Positions 58,379-64,000 of a DNA stretch of 64,000 nucleotides are shown here, piece after piece. The notes beneath the pieces were generated by a model. The model saw only the letters and a program-made list of their open reading frames with translations. It did no database searches and was not told where the DNA came from. The translations under genes were made by a program, and so were the position numbers. The number at the start of each line of letters is the position of its first letter. The stretch's first letter is position 1. Where the stretch lies: the NCBI GenBank assembly GCA_013911165.1, contig JACETR010000001.1, forward strand, positions 21,124-85,123, read 5' to 3'. Origin of the DNA: Planctomycetota bacterium (GTDB lineage: Bacteria; Planctomycetota; UBA8108; UBA1146).

Positions 58379-59860
58379 TCAAGAGATGACGGGATAGTTG
58401 TCGCGGCCTCTTTCGAGCCGAATCTCGCGGACCATTTCGATCGCAGTATGAAGGCTGACTTCGATTCCATAGAAATGTCGAGCCTGAAGACGGGCTTGAG
58501 AAGCAAAGAAGTCGAATCCACTCCAGACTTCCATCCCCTGATCTTCTCTCAAGGTCTTCTCGAATGCGGTCTCTCCCCGGGAGTAATCCATCTCCAGCGC
58601 TGCTTCTCCCTGGAACAGGTCCAGAGACCACGGCCATTCCGGAGAATCTTCGGCATCGGATCCGGTGGCATTGATCAGCAGGTCTGCGGATGCGATCTCA
58701 GCGGGTTGCTCGCTGATGACGTATCGATCTTCAGCCAGTTCCCTGTGATGTCGCGTTCCCGGACGACAATGGAGAACGATTTCCATTTCCTGATCTGCCA
58801 GAGAGGCTGCGACAGATTGGGCGGCTCCACCACGTCCCAGTATGGCTACCCGCCTCCCCTGAAGTGCTTCCCGGCTGCCGAGGCTCATTTCAAACAATGC
58901 CAATGCGCCGGGTCCATCCGTTGAAGTCCCCCGGTAGACCCCACCATTTTGAACCAGGGTGTTCCATGCGGAATGTCGTTCGCAATCGGTTTGAATTCCG
59001 TCACCGGCCTGCCGGGCCCAATGTTTGTGAGGAGCGGTGATGGCCAAGCCCTGAATCGGGTTGAATCCGGATTCAGTCCATGCCTGCAGGTCTGTTTCAG
59101 GATGATCTGTCGACCAGGGATAAAACCTTGCCGCGATTCCCTTCTCAGCAAAGAGACGATTGTGCCAATCGGGTGAAAGACTGTGGCGAACGTCGTGACC
59201 AAGGATCAGGAAGCGATCCAGGTCAGTTCCCGGGCTTTGCCAACGATACCTCCGGGCAAGTTCGCTTCTCTTCGGGAGTCCTGGAATGGTTATCCCCGGA
59301 GTGTCGTCATTGAGGTAGCCCCAGGGTTGCCCCGACTCCATGGCCCATAATCGGTCTGCATGATTGAGACGACTCATGGCAAAGGCGACACAGGGAAAAT
59401 CACTTTTGGAGGTCTCGAGGAGAACTTCCAGCCTTCTCTTGAGAGGAGTCGTTTCTGGCAGTACGACTTTGGCCGCACAGGCTCCGCGTTCGCGAGCTTC
59501 CCGAATGGCGGTGTTGACCGCATCCTCAGAGTCCTCATCAAGGTGCCTGGAAAGAATCCACGGGATGCCCTCAGCTGGCGGCGCGTCTTTCAGGGGATCG
59601 ACGTCCAGCCATGCCTCAGGGCGTTGGCAAAGTCGGTTTCTAAGGGTGGTTCGTGCTCCAGATTCTGGAGAGGTGGCCCCACCACGATCGGTGACGATGA
59701 CCGGGCCCAGATCGTCGGGCAGGCGCTCCGGAAGATTCCCTTTCCACAAGTCGAGACGGAGTTCATGGCCTCCAGGCGACTGGGGAGCCTCTGCAGGTGC
59801 CCCGCACGTCTCAGGGAGAGAATCCCGGACGACGAACCAGCCTTTGGGGACTGTGCTCAT
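58379..59860 (-). CDS. aroDE: bifunctional 3-dehydroquinate dehydratase (type I-like) / shikimate 5-dehydrogenase
   Basis: The C-terminal half carries 'HSLSPDWHNRLF', 'LAITAPHK', 'NTLV' and 'ILGRGGAAQSV' (AroE). The N-terminal ~200 aa carry 'ELRLDLW', 'ILSRHLDE' and 'AAKVVLPE' (AroD-like). Start set to ATG 59860. Confidence 0.8.
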   Translation of the reverse strand: MSTVPKGWFVVRDSLPETCGAPAEAPQSPGGHELRLDLWKGNLPERLPDDLGPVIVTDRGGATSPESGARTTLRNRLCQRPEAWLDVDPLKDAPPAEGIPWILSRHLDEDSEDAVNTAIREARERGACAAKVVLPETTPLKRRLEVLLETSKSDFPCVAFAMSRLNHADRLWAMESGQPWGYLNDDTPGITIPGLPKRSELARRYRWQSPGTDLDRFLILGHDVRHSLSPDWHNRLFAEKGIAARFYPWSTDHPETDLQAWTESGFNPIQGLAITAPHKHWARQAGDGIQTDCERHSAWNTLVQNGGVYRGTSTDGPGALALFEMSLGSREALQGRRVAILGRGGAAQSVAASLADQEMEIVLHCRPGTRHHRELAEDRYVISEQPAEIASADLLINATGSDAEDSPEWPWSLDLFQGEAALEMDYSRGETAFEKTLREDQGMEVWSGFDFFASQARLQARHFYGIEVSLHTAIEMVREIRLERGRDNYPVIS

Positions 59861-60102
59861 GGGGCTCCTTTTTACCGGAATACAGGCCACGAATGGCCCG
59901 ATTGGGGAAATGGGACTGGATGACGACTCATTGGCAGATATGATGGGGACAAGTTGATCGGGACATCAACCACGATCAACCGAGATCTCCCCCCTGCTAT
60001 CCCGGTTTGTAGTTCGGCCGAGGCCGAAATTTCGTTCAAGTCATATCGACACGTGGATACAGGGCACGATCCCCCCGGAAACTCAAGATCAGGATCTATT
60101 TT

Positions 60103-60153
60103 GGTCCAACCCGCATCGGCGTGCTGTTGGGCAGAACATGCGGACCCTTTTTT
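60103..60153 (+). terminator. terminator-like hairpin plus T6 run inside the long rho 5' leader (candidate attenuator)
   Basis: CCGCAT (60111-60116) pairs with ATGCGG (60138-60143), with a possible outer GGTC/GACC extension. It is followed by CTTTTTTG (60147-60154), about 200 nt upstream of the rho GTG. Confidence 0.3.
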
Positions 60154-60351
60154 GATTTCGGTGGTGATCATCAGGATCACGTGAGACGTGTCGGGCGATC
60201 AGGGGTGTTCATTTCAGAATCAATTTTGTGGCCTTCTGCAATTTTCCTGCTTTTTTTGCAGGCTTTGAATCAAAGGCCAGAATCTCCCGGCAAGGGTCGT
60301 CCATGAATCAGGACCGTTTCTTGACCAGGCTTTGAGATACAAGGAGAACCT

Positions 60352-61725
60352 GTGAATCAGGAGAACTCTTCCAGAAATTCAAGCTCACGATCCGGCAGCG
60401 GCGGAAGTGGAGGCGGTGGAAGACGCCGTCGACCAAGCCGTGGGCGCGGACGTACCTCCGGATCCGAGGGGGGGCGCTCCCAAGGTGGTGGCAGGTCACA
60501 GGGTGGCCGTCGTGGAGGAGGACCGCAGCGAAGGTCTCAAGGCCGCAATCGCCGTGAAGTGAACAACGAAGGCAACGCAAATTTCAACTCCTCGAGAACG
60601 CCTGCGGTTCACATTCCTGAAGGAACCCGTGTTCGAGGCATTCTGGAAGTGGGCAATCAGGGATTCGGTTTCCTGAGGTCGGTCGAAAAGTCCTTCAGAG
60701 TTCAACCCGAAGACATCCATGTCGGAAAGAATCTGGTACAGAAATTTGGTCTGAGAACCGGTCATTACATAGTCGGCGTCGTCGGTGGTTCCGCAGGTCG
60801 CGGCCGCGGTCCCAGTCTCGGAAAAATTGAATCTGTGGACGGTGATCCACCAGAACTGGTACGCAAGCGCACGGCCTACAAGGAGATGACCAGTATCGAT
60901 CCAACCGAGCGTTTCATGCTCGGTGAAACCGGGGATATCTCCATGCGTCTTGCGGATCTGATCTCGCCCATAGGCAAAGGCCAGAGAGCACTGATTGTGG
61001 CCCCCCCCCGTACGGGAAAAACCGTTCTGTTGCAGAAGATGGCCCAGTCCATCACGGAGACGCATCCGGACACGATGGTTTTGGCTATGCTGGTCGACGA
61101 ACGGCCTGAAGAGGTGACCGATTGGAAACGATCGGTCAAGGCAGAGGTCTACGCCTCATCCAGTGACGAAACCTCCAAGAGCCATGTCCGTGTCTCTGAA
61201 ATTGTTCTTCAGAGATGCCAGCGCCTCTTGGAGGCCAAATGCGACGTCGTTCTTTTGATGGATTCCCTGACCCGATTGGGTCGAGCATACAACCTTGAAA
61301 CCGCACACAGTGGTCGAACCCTTTCCGGAGGTGTCGATGCCAAGACTCTGGAGAAGCCGAAAGCGATCTTCGGTGCCGCCAGAAACGTGGAAGGTGGCGG
61401 AAGTCTGACCATCATCGCAACTGCATTGATTGAAACCGGCAGTCGCATGGACGAAGTGATTTTCGAGGAGTTCAAGGGCACCGGAAATATGGAATTGGTT
61501 TTGTCGAGAAAACTCGCGGACCAGCGGGTCTTCCCGGCGATCGATGTGACCCTGTCAGGAACCCGCAAAGAGGAGAAACTCTACTCCGCAGTGGAGATCG
61601 ATCAGATCTGGAAGTTGCGCCGAGTTTTGACCAGCGTCAATCCCATCGAGGGTATGGAGTTGCTGAGCCAAAGAGTGGGTGCATTCCAGGATAACAAGGA
61701 GTTCCTGCACTCATTGGGTGGATAA
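60352..61725 (+). CDS. rho: transcription termination factor Rho with Arg/Gly-rich N-terminal extension
   Basis: GTG 60352 lies 5 nt after AAGGAG. OB-fold 'GILEVGNQGFGFLR', Walker A 'APPRTGKT', 'LLMDSLTRLGRAYN' and 'SGTRKEEKL'. The N-terminal ~75 aa are RG/SG-rich. Confidence 0.93.
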   Translation: MNQENSSRNSSSRSGSGGSGGGGRRRRPSRGRGRTSGSEGGRSQGGGRSQGGRRGGGPQRRSQGRNRREVNNEGNANFNSSRTPAVHIPEGTRVRGILEVGNQGFGFLRSVEKSFRVQPEDIHVGKNLVQKFGLRTGHYIVGVVGGSAGRGRGPSLGKIESVDGDPPELVRKRTAYKEMTSIDPTERFMLGETGDISMRLADLISPIGKGQRALIVAPPRTGKTVLLQKMAQSITETHPDTMVLAMLVDERPEEVTDWKRSVKAEVYASSSDETSKSHVRVSEIVLQRCQRLLEAKCDVVLLMDSLTRLGRAYNLETAHSGRTLSGGVDAKTLEKPKAIFGAARNVEGGGSLTIIATALIETGSRMDEVIFEEFKGTGNMELVLSRKLADQRVFPAIDVTLSGTRKEEKLYSAVEIDQIWKLRRVLTSVNPIEGMELLSQRVGAFQDNKEFLHSLGG

Positions 61726-61771
61726 TTTCGGGTGGGTAATTTCGGGTGGATAATTTCGGGCGGGGAAGCTC
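61716..61771. repeat. 14-bp tandem repeat (GGGTGG[A/G]TAATTTC), 3 copies plus 1 degenerate, overlapping the rho stop codon
   Basis: Copies at 61716-61729, 61730-61743 and 61744-61757; a degenerate copy at 61758-61771. TAA triplets at 61723, 61737 and 61751 fall in three different frames. Confidence 0.9.
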
Positions 61772-61783
61772 AGGCCGTTGAGG

Positions 61784-62653
61784 TCAGGAGGCTGTGGATT
61801 CCCGGTGAATCGTCCACGTTTCAGGTGCAGCCGGATTGAGCAGTCGCTCGTCGATGAGATCGAAGTGAATTCCAAAACGGCCGATGGGCATTTTCGCTGT
61901 CTGTTGGTGAAGGTCTGAACCCCCACACTTTTCCAAACCGAATTTCTCCTGAAATTCCCGTGCCTGTCGTCGGTGTGGCGCGCGCAGGTTTTTGTAGAGG
62001 GATTCGATGCCGTCGAGCCCACATTTCATCAGCAGGTCCCCGTATTCATCGAGGTGGTTCGATTGCGGGTGAGCCCAATAGTTCAAGCCCCCCATTTCAT
62101 GGACCTGTGAAAAAGCGTCCTCGACTCGCAGGCGGGTTCTGCGAAACGGAATTCTTCCAAGCCACTGGCGAAAAGCCTGATTGGGCGACGAGCAGAGCCC
62201 GCTCCTGACGAGTGCCCGGGCAACATGGGATCTGCAAGGTGTTGAGTCCCCCACCTCTGCTTCCAGATCTTTCCACAGCAATCCCAGGCCCGATTCCCGC
62301 AGTTTTTGGACCCCATTGAGGACTCGTTCTCGGCGATCCTCCTCGAGGTCCCTCGACCATCCATGGATCTTTTCCGTCAACCCGCCTGGAAAATAGGCGA
62401 GCATGTGCAGGTCGTGATCTCCCACCTGACAGGTCATTTCAATACCCGGGAGCAGTTTGAGCTTGTCAGGGAGTGTCCAGTTACTGCGGTAGGCTCCCAT
62501 TGTGTCATGGTCGCAAATGGAGATCAGGTCGAGCCCTTGAACGGCATCGTCGAGGATCTGCTGCATCGAATGACGGCCATCACTGTGGATCGTGTGCACA
62601 TGCAAGTCCGCCCTGCGTCGATCACTTGGGGTCACAGATGAAGGCAGGCTCAT
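61784..62653 (-). CDS. PHP-domain phosphoesterase (TrpH/YciV-like)
   Basis: 'DLHVHTIHSDG' and 'ICDHDTMGAY'; 289 aa. ATGA overlap with the upstream gltX stop. Confidence 0.82.
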   Translation of the reverse strand: MSLPSSVTPSDRRRADLHVHTIHSDGRHSMQQILDDAVQGLDLISICDHDTMGAYRSNWTLPDKLKLLPGIEMTCQVGDHDLHMLAYFPGGLTEKIHGWSRDLEEDRRERVLNGVQKLRESGLGLLWKDLEAEVGDSTPCRSHVARALVRSGLCSSPNQAFRQWLGRIPFRRTRLRVEDAFSQVHEMGGLNYWAHPQSNHLDEYGDLLMKCGLDGIESLYKNLRAPHRRQAREFQEKFGLEKCGGSDLHQQTAKMPIGRFGIHFDLIDERLLNPAAPETWTIHRESTAS

Positions 62654-64000
62654 GTGGCCGAAAGCACTTTCAGTGCGTTCTGGAGTCTTTCAACACAGCG
62701 GTCTTTTCCAAGCACGCTGATCACTTCAAGGAGGTCCGGTGAATCCCTCCGTGACGTCAACGCAAATCGAAGGGGCATGAACAGGAATGGCTTTTTCCAG
62801 CCCCCTTTATCGAGGACGGAGTCCAGGCAGGGGCCGATCATGTCGGGCGAAAAGTCGTCGATAGCCTGAAGGGCTTCGGCTGCAGCGGAAAGTGCGGCCA
62901 TCGATGTATCCCTGTCACTCTTCTTGGGGATCAGGTCCTCAGCGGGCGGCGGAGCCGGTTGGCTGAAGAACCACGACGTCTTGTCTGTGAACTCCGACAG
63001 AAGGGTCAATCGCTCAATCACCAGAGGCAGGATCTCAAGAGCTTGAGATTGATCGACCCCATCAGGGAGAAAGTTTTCTGACTCAAGTCTTTGTGCCAAC
63101 ACGGTTAGGGGCAGTTGGCGAATATGCATGCCGTTCAGCCAGTCAAGTTTGGTCATGTCAAAAATTGGAGCACCCGTGGAGAGGGATTCGACGCGGAAGT
63201 TGTCCTCAAAGGACTGCATGTCGAAGACTTCATTTTCGTCCTCAGGTGACCATCCCATGAGGGCAAGGAAGTTGAGGAGCGCTTCGGGCAGGTAACCCTG
63301 TTGTCTGAACCAGTCGAGACTGACCGGGTTTTTGCGCTTGGAAATCTTTGACTTGTCAGCATTGCGCAACAAGGAAACGTGAAGGAAACGCGGCAGGGTT
63401 TCACCGAGGGCATTGTAGAGGATCACATGTTTCGGGGTGGAGATGAGCCATTCTTCAGCGCGGATCACATCCGTGATGCCAAACGCGATGTCGTCGGCAA
63501 CATTGGCGAGGTGGTATGTCGGAAAGCCGTCCGATTTGATGAGGATCTGGTCGTCAATCTCGGAGTTGGCGACCCGAATCTCTCCACGCAAGGCGTCCTC
63601 AAAAACGGTTTCTCCGTCTGCAGGGACCTTTAATCGGATCACGTGGGTTTCACCGGCCTCGATTCTTGTCTGGGCTTCCTCTTTGTTGATTTCACGGCAG
63701 GCGCCGTCATATCCGAGTCTTTCCTTGGCGGCCTTCTGCCGCTCTCGAAGATCTGCGATGCGCTCTTCAGTACAAAAGCACGGATAAGCGTCCCCGGAAT
63801 CGATCAGTTTGCCGACGCAGTGGCGATAATGTTCGAGGCGTTCACTCTGGCGATAGGGTTGATGGGGCCCTCCATTGTCGGGGCCTTCGTCCCAATCAAG
63901 GCCGAGCCAGCGCAGTGCTGTAAAGATCTGGCCTTCGCTGGTGCCTTGGTAGCGACTGCGATCGGTGTCGTCAATGCGGAGAATGAATTGTCCTCCACCC
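62650..64000 (-). CDS. gltX: glutamyl-tRNA synthetase, 5' end outside window
   Basis: My own translation of 63643-63999 stays in the same open frame: 'GGGQFILRIDDTDRSRYQGTSEGQIFTALRWLGLDWDEGPD..PCFCTEERI..'. Downstream are 'PTYHLANVADD' and 'KISKRKNP' (KMSKS-like). The ORF-track start at 63642 is an internal GTG. Confidence 0.92.
   Translation of the reverse strand, partial: GGGQFILRIDDTDRSRYQGTSEGQIFTALRWLGLDWDEGPDNGGPHQPYRQSERLEHYRHCVGKLIDSGDAYPCFCTEERIADLRERQKAAKERLGYDGACREINKEEAQTRIEAGETHVIRLKVPADGETVFEDALRGEIRVANSEIDDQILIKSDGFPTYHLANVADDIAFGITDVIRAEEWLISTPKHVILYNALGETLPRFLHVSLLRNADKSKISKRKNPVSLDWFRQQGYLPEALLNFLALMGWSPEDENEVFDMQSFEDNFRVESLSTGAPIFDMTKLDWLNGMHIRQLPLTVLAQRLESENFLPDGVDQSQALEILPLVIERLTLLSEFTDKTSWFFSQPAPPPAEDLIPKKSDRDTSMAALSAAAEALQAIDDFSPDMIGPCLDSVLDKGGWKKPFLFMPLRFALTSRRDSPDLLEVISVLGKDRCVERLQNALKVLSAT

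Noticed and set aside
1-64000. Mobile element, prophage, defence island or toxin-antitoxin content.
   Set aside because: I recognised no transposase, integrase, recombinase, reverse transcriptase, phage structural gene, restriction-modification gene, nuclease/ATPase defence gene or small paired TA-like ORFs. No tRNA-like T-loop motif occurs in any intergenic region, and there is no abrupt large compositional island.

Overview
This window is a gene-dense, moderately GC-rich bacterial chromosomal segment made up almost entirely of housekeeping and transport genes. Several traits suggest the PVC superphylum (Verrucomicrobiota/Planctomycetota-like), held at low confidence: a dockerin/EF-hand C-terminal module, a small lysine-rich basic protein, an AroD-AroE fusion, a giant double UvrA and lipoprotein-type solute-binding proteins.

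Gene order:
- aspS (5' partial), then infC-rpmI-rplT-pheS-pheT.
- A LysM/YkuD L,D-transpeptidase.
- A complete 14-gene nuoA-N operon on the minus strand, preceded on the same strand by an Fe/Mn superoxide dismutase and an MTHFR-like gene.
- A secreted cohesin-like/dockerin protein.
- An overlapping operon: polyprenyl synthase, ddl, IMPase-family gene and a 1,904-aa tandem UvrA-UvrA.
- A small lipoprotein.
- FAD oxidoreductase, class IV aminotransferase, AMP-forming acyl-CoA synthetase.
- A ~20-kb block of four Opp/Dpp/Yej-type peptide ABC importer modules that carries only one pair of ATPase genes.
- A small basic protein, an AroD-AroE fusion, rho (with an Arg/Gly-rich N-terminus), a PHP phosphoesterase and gltX (5' partial).

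I found no rRNA, tRNA, CRISPR array, transposase, integrase, phage gene or recognisable defence gene. I do not see a convincing novel multi-gene system.

The items most worth a second look:
- the covalently duplicated UvrA;
- the four-translocator/one-ATPase-pair importer block, with its greatly expanded permease loops;
- the atypical Rho N-terminus;
- two short intergenic tandem repeats;
- a ~600-bp non-coding region.

Many ORF-track starts were trimmed to internal starts, supported by ATGA-type overlaps or Shine-Dalgarno motifs.
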